Positions 52,125-64,000 of a stretch of 64,000 nucleotides of DNA are shown here, piece by piece. The number at the start of each line of letters is the position of its first letter. The stretch's first letter is position 1. The stretch is from the NCBI GenBank assembly GCA_964016885.1, contig OZ024744.1:115816001-115880000 (forward strand), given 5' to 3'. The notes under the pieces are model-generated. The model saw only the letters and a program-made list of their open reading frames with translations. It was not told the origin of the DNA and searched no databases. The stretch is from Eledone cirrhosa (lineage: Eukaryota). A program made the translations under genes and the position numbers.

Positions 52125-55100
52125 TATATAATGTCTCTCATATCTTGTCTCTCTCTATATATATAATGTCTCTCATATCTTGTCTCTCTCTCTATATATA
52201 ATGTCTCTCATATCTTGTCTCTCTCTCTCTATATATATAATGTCTCTCATATCTTGTCTCTCTCTCTCTATATATAATGTCTCTCATATCTTGTCTCTCT
52301 CTCTATATATATAATGTCTCTCATATCTTGTCACTCTCTCTCTATATATATATAATGTCTCTCATATCTTGTCTCTCTCTCTCTATATATATAATGTCTC
52401 TCATATCTTGTCTCTCTCTCTATATATATATAATGTCTCTCATATCTTGTCTCTCTCTCTCTATATATAATGTCTCTCATATCTTGTCTCTCTCTCTATA
52501 TATAATGTCTCTCATATCTTGTCTCTCTCTCTCTATATATATATAATGTCTATCATATCTTGTCTCTCTCTCTCTATATATAATGTCTCTCATATCTTGT
52601 CTCTCTCTCTCTCTATATATAATGTCTCTCATATCTTGTCTCTCTCTCTCTATATATATAATGTCTCTCATATCTTGTCTCTCTCTCTCTATATATATAT
52701 AATGTCACTCATATCTTGTCTCTCTCTCTCTATATATATATAATGTCTCTCATATCTTGTCTCTCTCTCTCTATATATATATATAATGTCTCTCCTATCT
52801 TGTCTCTCTCTCTCTATATATATAATGTCTCTCATATCATGTCTCTCTCTCTCTATATATATATAATGTCACTCATATCTTGTCGCTCTCTCTCTATATA
52901 TATAATGTCACACATATCTTGTCGCTCTTTCTCTATATATATAATGTCTCTCATATCTTGTCTCTCTCTCTATATATATGTAATGTCTCTCATATCTTGT
53001 CTCTCTCTCTCTCTATATATAAAATGTCTCTCATATCTTGTCTCTCTCTCTATATATATATAATGTCTCTCATATCTTGTCTCTCTCTCTCTCTATCTAT
53101 ATATAATGTCTCTCATATCTTGTCTCTCTCTCTATAAATATAATGTCTCTCATATCTTGTCTCTCTCTATATATATAATGTCTCTCATATCTTGTCACTC
53201 TCTCTCTATTTATATAATGTCTCTCATATCTTGTCTCTCTCTATATATATATAATGTCTCTCATATCTTGTCTCTCTCTCTCTATATATATAATGTCTCT
53301 CATATCTTGTCTCTCTCTCTATATAAACAATGTCTCTCATATCTTGTCTCTCTCTCTATATATACAATGTCTCTCATATCTTGTCTCTCTCTCTATATAT
53401 AATGTCTCTCATATCTTGTCTCTCTCTCTTTCTATATATATAATGTCTCTCATATCTTGTCTCTCTCTCTATATATATATAATGTCACTCATATCTTGTA
53501 TCTATCTCTATGTATATATAATGTCTGTCATATCTTTTCTCTCTCTCTCTCTCTATATATAATGTCTCTCATATCTTGTCTCTCTCTCTCTATATATATA
53601 ATGTCTCTCATATCTTGTATCTCTCTCTCTATATATATATATATAATGTCTCTCATATCTTGTCTCTCTCTCTCTATATATATATAATGTCTCTCATATC
53701 TTGTCTCTCTCTCTATATATATATAATGTCTCTCATATCTTGTCTCTCTCTCTCTATATATATAATGTCTCTCATATCTTGTCTCTCTCTCTCTCTATAT
53801 ATAATGTCTCTCATATCTTGTCTCTCTCTCTATATATATATAATGTCACTCATATCTTGTATCTATCTCTATGTATATATAATGTCTCTCATATCTTTTC
53901 TCTCTCTCTCTCTATATATAATGTCTCTCATATCTTGTCTCTCTCACTATATATATAATGTCTCTCATATCTTGTCTCTCTCTCTCTATATATATATAAT
54001 GTCTCTCATATCTTGTCTCTCTCTCTCTATATATATAATGTCTCTCATATCTTGTCTCACTCTCTATATATATATATAATGTCTCTCATATCTTGTCTCT
54101 CTCTCTCTCTATATATAATGTCACTCATATCTTGTCGCTCTCTCTCTATATATATAATGTCACTCATATCTTGTCGCTCTCTCTCTATATATATAATGTC
54201 TCTCATATCTTGTCTCTCTCTCTATATATATATAATGTCTCTCATATCTTTTCTCTCTCTCTCTCTCTATATATAATGTCTCTCATATCTTGTCTCTCTC
54301 TCTCTATATATATAATGTCTCTCATATCTTGTCTCTCTCTCTCTCTATCTATATATAATGTCTCTCATATCTTGTCTCTCTCTCTATAAATATAATGTCT
54401 CTCATATCTTGTCTCTCTCTATATATATAATGTCTCTCATATCTTGTCACTCTCTCTCTATTTATATAATGTCTCTCATATCTTGTCTCTCTCTCTATAT
54501 ATATATAATGTCTCTCATATCTTGTCTCTCTCTCTATATATACAATGTCTCTCATATCTTGTCTCTCTCTCTATATATACAATGTCTCTCATATCTTGTC
54601 TCTCTCTCTATATATATAATGTCTCTCATATCTTGTCTCTCTCTCTATATATATATAATGTGTCTCATATCTTGTCTCTCTCTCTATATATATAATGTCT
54701 CTCATATCTTGTCTCTCTCTCTCTATATATAATCTCTATCATATCTTGTCTCTCTCTCTCTCTATATATAATGTCTCTCATATTTTGTCTCTCTCTCTAT
54801 ATATATATAATGTCTCTCATATCTTGTCCCTCTCTCTCTATATATAATGTCTCTCATATCTTGTCTCTCTCTCTCTATATATAATGTCTCTCATATCTTG
54901 TCTCTCTCTCTATATATATAATGTCTCTCATATCTTATCTCTCTCTCTATATATAAAATGCCTCTCATATCTTGTCTCTCTCTCTCTATATATATATAAT
55001 GTCTCTCATATCTTGTCTCTCTCTCTATATATATATAATGTCACTCATATCTTGTATCTATCTCTATGTATATAAAGTCTCTCTCTCTATATATAATGTC

Positions 55101-58100
55101 TCTCATATCTTGTCTCTCTCTCTATATATATATAATATCTCTCATAACTTGTCTCTCTCTCTATATATATATATAATGTCTCTCATATGTTGTCTCTCTC
55201 TCTCTATATATATAATGTCTCTCATATCTTGTCTCTCTCTCTCTCTATCTATATATAATGTCTCTCATATCTTGTCTCTCTCTCTATAAATATAATGTCT
55301 CTCATATCTTGTCTCTCTCTATATATATAATGTCTCTCATATCTTGTCACTCTCTCTCTATTTATATAATGTCTCTCATATCTTGTCTCTCTCTCTCTAT
55401 ATATATATAATGTCTCTCATATCTTGTCTCTCTCTCTATATATATATAATGTCTCTCATATCTTGTCTCTCTCTCTCTATATATATAATGTCTCTCATAT
55501 CTTGTCTCTCTCTCTATATATACAATGTCTCTCATATCTTGTCTCTCTCTCTATATATATAATGTCTCTCATATCTTGTCTCTCTCTCTCTATATATATA
55601 ATGTCTCTCATATCTTGTCTCTCTCTCTATATATATAATGTCTCTCATATCTTGTCTCTCTCTCTATATATATAATGTCTATCATATCTTGTCTCTCTCT
55701 CTCTATATATATAATGTCTCTCATATCTTGTCTCTCTCTCTCTATATATATAATCTCTCTCATATCTTGTCTCTCTCTCTATATACAATGTCTTTCATAT
55801 CTTGTCTCTCTCTCTCTATATATATATAATGTCTCTCATATCTTGTCTCTCTCTCTATATATATATAATGTCTCTCATATCTTGTCTCTCTCTCTATATA
55901 GATAATGTCTCTCATATCTTATCTCTCTCTCTCTATATATATATAATGTCTCTCATATCTTGTCTCTGTCTCTCTATATATATATATAATGTCTCTCATA
56001 TCTTGTCTCTCTCTCTATATATATGTAATGTCTCTCATATCTTGTCTCTCTCTCTATATATATAATGTCTCTCATATCTTGTCTCTCTCTCTATATGTAT
56101 ATAATGTCTCTCATATCTTGTCTCTCTCTCCCTATATATATAATGTCTCTCATATCTTGTCTCTCTCTCTATATATATATAATGTCTCTCAAATCTTGTC
56201 TCTCTCTCTCTATATATAATGTCTCTCATATCTTATCTCTCTCTCTATATATATAATGTCTCTCATATCTTGTCTCTCTCTCTATATATATATAATGTCT
56301 CTCATATCTTGTCTCTCACTCTCTATATATAATGTCTCACATATCTTGTCCCTCTCTCTCTATATATATAATGTCTCTCATATCTTGTCTCTCTCCGTCT
56401 CTCTATATAATGTCTCTCATATCTTGTCTCTCTCTCTCTCTATATATATATAATGTCTCTCATATCTTGTCTCTCTCTCTATATATATAATGTCTCTCAT
56501 ATCTTGTCTCTCTCTCTATATACATATAATGTCTCTCATATCTTGTCTCTCTCTCTATATATATAATGTCTCTCATATCTTGCCTCTCTCTCTCTCTATA
56601 TATATAAAATGTCTCTCATATCTTGTCTCTCTCTCTATATATATATAATGTCTCTCATATCTTGTCTCTCTCTCTATATATATATAATGTCTCTCATATC
56701 TTGCCCCTCTCTCTCTATAAATAATGTTTCTCATATCTTGTCCCTCTCTCTCTCTATATATATAATGTCTCTCATATCTTGTCTCTCTCTCTATATATAT
56801 AATGTCTCTCATATCTTATCTCTCTCTCTCTATATATATAAAATGCCTCTCATATCTTGTCTCTCTCTCTCTATATATATATAATGTCTCTCATATCTTG
56901 TCTCTCTGTCTATATATATAATGTCTCTCATATCTTGTCTCTCACTCTATATATATATATAATGTCTCTCATATCTTGTCTCTCTCTCTCTCTATATATA
57001 ATGTCTCTCATATCTTGTCTCACTCTCTATATATATATAATGTCTATCATATCTTGTCTCTCTCTCTCTATATATATATAATGTCTCTCATATCTTGTCT
57101 CTCTCTCTCTCTATATATATAATGTCTCTCATATCTTGTCTCTCTCTCTATATATATATTATGTCTCTCATATCTTGTCTCTCTCTCTCTATATATATAT
57201 AATGTCTCTCATATCTTGTCTCTCTCTCTATATATACAATGTCTCTCATATCTTGTCTCTCTCTCTCTCTATATATATAATGTCTCTCATATCTTGTCTC
57301 TCTCTCTATATATATATAATGTCTCTCATATCTTGTCTCTCTCTATATATATAATGTCTCTCATATCTTGTCGCTCTCTCTCTCTATATATAATGTCTCT
57401 CATATCTTGTCTCTCTCTCTATATATATAATGTCTCTCATATCTTGTCTCTCTCTCTATATATATATAATGTCTCTCATATCTTGTCTCTCTCTATATAT
57501 ATAATGTCTCTCATATCTTGTCACTCTCTCTCTATTTATATAATGTCTCTCATATCTTGTCTCTCTCTCTATATATATAATGTCTCTCATATCTTGTCTC
57601 TCTCTCTATATATATATAATGTCTCTCATATCTTGTCTCTCTCTCTATATATACAATGTCTCTCATATCTTGTCTCTCTCTCTATATATACAATGTCTCT
57701 CATATCTTGTCTCTCTCTCTATATATATAATGTCTCTCATATCTTGTCTCTCTCTCTATATATATATAATGTCTCTCATATCTTGTCTCTCTCTCTATAT
57801 ATATAATGTCTCTCATATCTTGTCTCTCTCTCTCTATATATAATCTCTATCATATCTTGTCTCTCTCTCTCTATATATATAATGTCTCTCATATTTTGTC
57901 TCTCTCTCTATATATATATAATGTCTCTCATATCTTGTCCCTCTCTCTCTATATATAATGTCTCTCATATCTTGTCTCTCTCTCTCTATATATAATGTCT
58001 CTCATATCTTGTCTCTCTCTCTATATATATAATGTCTCTCATATCTTATCTCTCTCTCTATATATAAAATGCCTCTCATATCTTGTCTCTCTCTCTCTAT

Positions 58101-61100
58101 ATATATATAATGTCTCTCATATCTTGTCTCTCTCTCTATATATATATAATGTCACTCATATCTTGTATCTATCTCTATGTATATAATGTCTCTCTCTATA
58201 TATATAATGTCTCTCATATCTTGTCTCTCTCTCTATATATATATAATGTCTCTCATATCTTGTCACTCTCTCTATATATATATATAATGTCTCTCATATG
58301 TTGTCTCTCTCTCTCTATATATATAATGTCTCTCATATCTTGTCTCTCTCTCTCTCTATCTATATATAATGTCTCTCATATCTTGTCTCTCTCTCTATAA
58401 ATATAATGTCTCTCATATCTTGTCTCTCTCTATATATATAATGTCTCTCATATCTTGTCACTCACTCTCTATTTATATAATGTCTCTCATATCTTGTCTC
58501 TCTCTCTCTCTATATATATAATGTCTCTCATATCTTGTCTCTCTCTCTCTATATATATAATGTCACTCATATCTTGTCTCTCTCTCTATATAGATAATGT
58601 CTCTCATATCTTAACTCTCTCTCTATATATATATATATATAATGTCTCTCATATCTTGTCTCTGTCTCTCTATATATATATATAATGTCTCTCATATCTT
58701 GTCTCTCTCTCTATATATATGTAATGTCTCTCATATCTTGTCTCTCTCTCTATATATATAATGTCTCTCATATCTTGTCTCTCTCTCTATATGTATATAA
58801 TGTCACTCATATCTTGTCTCTCTCTCCCTATATATATAATGTCTCTCATATCTTGTCTCTCTCTCTATATATATATAATGTCTCTCAAATCTTGTCTCTC
58901 TCTCTCTATATATAATGTCTCTCATATCTTATCTCTCTCTCTATATATATAATGTCTCTCATATCTTGTCTCTCTCTCTATATATATATAATGTCTCTCA
59001 TATCTTGTCTCTCACTCTCTATATATAATGTCTCACATATCTTGTCCCTCTCTCTCTATATATATAATGTCTCTCATATCTTGTCTCTCTCCGTCTCTCT
59101 ATATAATGTCTCTCATATCTTGTCTCTCTCTCTCTCTATATATATATAATGTCTCTCATATCTTGTCTCTCTCTCTATATATATAATGTCTCTCATATCT
59201 TGTCTCTCTCTCTATATACATATAATGTCTCTCATATCTTGTCTCTCTCTCTATATATATAATGTCTCTCATATCTTGCCTCTCTCTCTCTCTATATATA
59301 TAAAATGTCTCTCATATCTTGTCTCTCTCTCTATATATATATAATGTCTCTCATATCTTGTCTCTCTCTCTATATATATATAATGTCTCTCATATCTTGC
59401 CCCTCTCTCTCTATAAATAATGTTTCTCATATCTTGTCCCTCTCTCTCTCTATATATATAATGTCTCTCATATCTTGTCTCTCTCTCTATATATATAATG
59501 TCTCTCATATCTTATCTCTCTCTCTCTATATATATAAAATGCCTCTCATATCTTGTCTCTCTCTCTCTATATATATATAATGTCTCTCATATCTTGTCTC
59601 TCTGTCTATATATATAATGTCTCTCATATCTTGTCTCTCTCTCTATATATATATATAATGTCTCTCATATCTTGTCTCTCTCTCTCTCTCTATATATATA
59701 ATGTCTCTCATATCTTGTCTCACTCTCTATATATATATAATGTCTATCATATCTTGTCTCTCTCTCTCTCTATATATATAATGTCTCTCATATCTTGTCT
59801 CTCTCTCTCTCTATATATATAATGTCTCTCATATCTTGTCTCTCTCTCTATATATATATTATGTCTCTCATATCTTGTCTCTCTCTCTCTATATATATAT
59901 AATGTCTCTCATATCTTGTCTCTCTCTCTATATATACAATGTCTCTCATATCTTGTCTCTCTCTCTCTCTATATATATAATGTCTCTCATATCTTGTCTC
60001 TCTCTCTCTATATATATATAATGTCTCTCATATCTTGTCTATCTCTATATATATAATGACTCTCATATCTTGTCGCTCTCTCTCTCTATATATAATGTCT
60101 CTCATATCTTGTCTCTCTCTATATATATATAATGTCTCTCATATCTTGTCTCTCTCTCTATATATATATAATGTCTCTCATATCTTGTCTCTCTCTATAT
60201 ATATAATGTCTCTCATATCTTGTCACTCTCTCTCTATATATATAATGTCTCTCATATCTTGTCTCTCTCTCTCTCTCTATATATATAATGTCTCTCATAT
60301 CTTGTCTCTCTCTCTATATATACAATGTCTCTCATATCTTGTCTCTTTCTCTATATATATATAATGTCTCTCATATCTTGTCTCTCTCTCTATATATATA
60401 TAATGTCTCTCATATCTTGTCTCTCTCTATATATATAATGTCTCTCATATCTTGTCACTCTCTCTCTATTTATATAATGTCTCTCATATCTTGTCTCTCT
60501 CTCTATATATACAATGTCTCTCATATCTTGTCTCTCTCTCTATATATACAATGTCTCTCATATCTTGTCTCTCTCTCTATATATATAATGTCTCTCATAT
60601 CTTGTCTCTCTCTCTATATATATATAATGTCTCTCATATCTTGTCTCTCTCTCTATATATATAATGTCTCTCATATCTTGTCTCTCTCTCTCTATATATA
60701 ATCTCTATCATATCTTGTCTCTCTCTCTCTCTATATATAATGTCTCTCATATTTTGTCTCTCTCTCTATATATATATAATGTCTCTCATATCTTGTCCCT
60801 CTCTCTCTATATATAATGTCTCTCATATCTTGTCTCTCTCTCTCTATATATAATGTCTCTCATATCTTGTCTCTCTCTCTATATATATAATGTCTCTCAT
60901 ATCTTATCTCTCTCTCTATATATAAAATGCCTCTCATATCTTGTCTCTCTCTCTCTATATATATATAATGTCTCTCATATCTTGTCTCTCTCTCTATATA
61001 TATATAATGTCACTCATATCTTGTATCTATCTCTATGTATATAATGTCTCTCTCTATATATATAATGTCTCTCATATCTTGTCTCTCTCTCTATATATAT

Positions 61101-61905
61101 ATAATGTCTCTCATATCTTGTCTCTCTCTCTATATATATATATAATGTCTCTCATATGTTGTCTCTCTCTCTCTATATATATAATGTCTCTCATATCTTG
61201 TCTCTCTCTCTCTCTATCTATATATAATGTCTCTCATATCTTGTCTCTCTCTCTATAAATATAATGTCTCTCATATCTTGTCTCTCTCTATATATATATT
61301 GTCTCTCATATCTTGTCACTCTCTCTCTATTTATATAATGTCTCTCATATCTTGTCTCTCTCTCTCTCTCTATATATAATGTCTCTCATATCTTGTCTCT
61401 CTCTCTATATATATATAATGTCTCTCATATCTTGTCTCTCTCTCTATATATATACAATGTCTCTCATATCTTGTCTCTCTCTCTATATATACAATGTCTC
61501 TTATATCTTGTCTCTCTCTCTATATATATAATGTCTCTCATATCTTGTCTCTCTCTCTCTATATATATAATGTCTCTCATATCTTGTCTCTCTCTCTATA
61601 TATATAATGTCTCTCATATCTTGTCTCTCTCTCTATATATATAATGTCTATCATATCTTGTCTCTCTCTCTCTATATATATAATGTCTCTCATATCTTGT
61701 CTCTCTCTCTCTATATATATAATCTCTCTCATATCTTGTCTCTCTCTCTATATACAATGTCTTTCATATCTTGTCTCTCTCTCTATATATATATATAATG
61801 TCTCTCATATCTTGTCTCTCTCTCTATATATATATAATGTCTCTCATATCTTGTCTCTCTCTCTATATAGATATTGTCTCTCATATCTTATCTCTCTCTC
61901 TATAT
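52125..61905. repeat. Compound ~36-40-bp satellite AATGTCTCTCATATCTTG(TC)n(TA)n with kb-scale higher-order repeats
   Basis: Constant 18-nt core with variable dinucleotide runs; identical ORF strings recur about 2.7-3.1 kb apart. Confidence 0.97.
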
Positions 61906-62827
61906 AAAATAATAATGAAATTATTCTGTACAGTGCTCAGGTGCACTACAACTCATCAAAGGTGCATGTATAGTACATAGAATAACGTACAAATGTCAGG
62001 AAAATAAACAGTGTATGAGTCATGATATAATAACAATAACAATAATGAAATATTGTGCACAGTGCCCAGGTGCACCACAACCCATCAAAAAAGTGCATGT
62101 ACAGTACATAGGGCAATGCACAAACATCAGTAAAATGAACAGTGCACACATGTGTGCATGTGTATGGAAGGGGCACATCAGGTGTAGTTTTGGCGTATTT
62201 CGGGAAGCATGAGTGTCTTAAAGGATGCAGTGTCTCGGCAGCGAACAATTGACGCAGGCAGTTTGTTCCATGTTTCAGCAACTCTGAGCGTGAAAAAATG
62301 TCTGCGAAAGTCATGGGAGCTGTGCTGTTTTCTTATCTTGTAGGCATGTCCACGTGTGTTAGACACATGGAGATCAAAGAGGCGCTCAGGGTTGCAGTTG
62401 GCGAGATGGTTAAAAACTTTGTGGGTAGTCACCAAGTCCACTGCCAGACGTCGGAGCTTCAATGAATCCATGCCCAGGGAAGCAAGGCGTTCAGAGTATG
62501 GTAGGTGTCTGATGGAGGGTATGCGCTTGGTTGCACGTCTCTGAACAGTTTCCAGGAGGTCAATGTTCCGAGCAAGATAGGGGTTCCAGACTGATGATGC
62601 GAATTCCAAGTGTGGTCACACCATAGCTGTATACAGTTTTAAATAGATGGCTGGAGAGCGGCTAACAAAGGTCTTGCTGAGTGATGCCAAGACACCCTCG
62701 GCCTTCTTGACAATCTTAGAGACATGCTTTGTCCAACGCAAATCGTTGCTGACAGTAATGCCTAGGTCACGTTCACAAGAGGACTTTTTGATGTCAGTGT
62801 TGTGGAGGGAGTATGTGGACGCTGGAT
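61906..62827 (-). mobile_element. 5'-truncated CR1 LINE with a doubled 3'UTR, inserted in the satellite
   Basis: EFASSVWNPY..VQRRATK..WNKLP; same family as 18475 and 25208. Confidence 0.93.
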
Positions 62828-64000
62828 TATATATATATAATGTCTCTCATATCTTGTCTCTGTCTCTCTATATATATATAATGTCTCTCATATCTTGTCT
62901 CTCTCTCTATATATATGTAATGTCTCTCATATCTTGTCTCTCTCTCTATATATATAATGTCTCTCATATCTTGTCTCTCTCTCTATATGTATATAATGCA
63001 TCTTATATCTTGTCTCTCTCTCCCTATATATATAATGTCTCTCATATCTTGTCTCTCTCTCTATATATATATAATGTCTCTCAAATCTTGTCTCTCTCTC
63101 TCTATATATAATGTCTCTCATATCTTATCTCTCTCTCTATATATATAATGTCTCTCATATCTTGTCTCTCTCTCTATATATATATAATGTCTCTCATATC
63201 TTGTCTCTCACTCTCTATATATAATGTCTCACATATCTTGTCCCTCTCTCTCTATATATATAATGTCTCTCATATCTTGTCTCTCTCCGTCTCTCTATAT
63301 AATGTCTCTCATATCTTGTCTCTCTCTCTCTATATATATATAATGTCTCTCATATCTTGTCTCTCTCTCTATATATATAATGTCTCTCATATCTTGACTC
63401 TCTCTCTATATACATATAATGTCTCTCATATCTTGTCTCTCTCTCTATATATATAATGTCTCTCATATCTTGCCTCTCTCTCTCTCTATATATATATAAA
63501 ATGTCTCTCATATCTTGTCTCTCTCTCTATATATATATAATGTCTCTCATATCTTGTCCCTCTCTCTCTATAAATAATGTTTCTCATATCTTGTCCCTCT
63601 CTCTATATATATATATATAATGTCTCTCATATCTTGTCTCTCTCTCTATATATATAATGTCTCTCATATCTTGTCTCTCTCTCTATATGTATATATAATG
63701 TCTCTCATATCTTGTCTTTCTCTCTATATATATAATGTCTCTCATATCTTATCTCTCTCTCTCTATATATATAAAATGCCTCTCATATCTTGTCTCTCTC
63801 TCTCTATATATATATAATGTCTCTCATATCTTGTCTCTCTGTCTATATATATAATGTCTCTCATATCTTGTCTCTCTCTCTCTATATATATATAATGTCT
63901 CTCATATATTGTCTCTCTCTCTCTATATATACAATGTCTCTCATATCTTGTCTCTCTCTCTATATATATATAATGTCTCTCATATCTTGTCTCTCTCTAT
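62828..64000. repeat. Continuation of the compound satellite, runs off the window end
   Basis: Same unit; the variant pattern matches ~55940-56950. Confidence 0.97.

Noticed and set aside
52277-63817. Many short hydrophobic ORFs
   Set aside because: Translations of the (TC)n(TA)n satellite

Overview
Animal (non-bacterial) genomic DNA made almost entirely of repeats, with no recognisable host protein-coding gene, RNA gene or CRISPR array. The SINE and LINE tail motifs and the very dense AT/CA microsatellites recall coleoid cephalopod (Octopus-like) genomes; that is recollection, not a search result. Contents: (i) a 39-bp minisatellite (1-4.9 kb); (ii) a 4-copy tandem segmental duplication (~6.5-35 kb) punctuated by non-autonomous Helitrons and differently invaded by RTE LINEs, CR1 LINEs and two Ty3/Gypsy elements, one with both LTRs and CsRN1-like; (iii) four satellite arrays (47, 100, 61 and 48 bp), probably five with a 108-bp one, each amplified in place from an internal slice of a different mobile element; (iv) a near-full-length decayed RTE with three C-terminal C2H2 fingers; (v) a >11-kb compound (TC)n(TA)n satellite with higher-order repeats and a CR1 insertion. 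The long ORFs over the arrays are most likely repeat artefacts. Coordinates were read by eye and degenerate boundaries are approximate.
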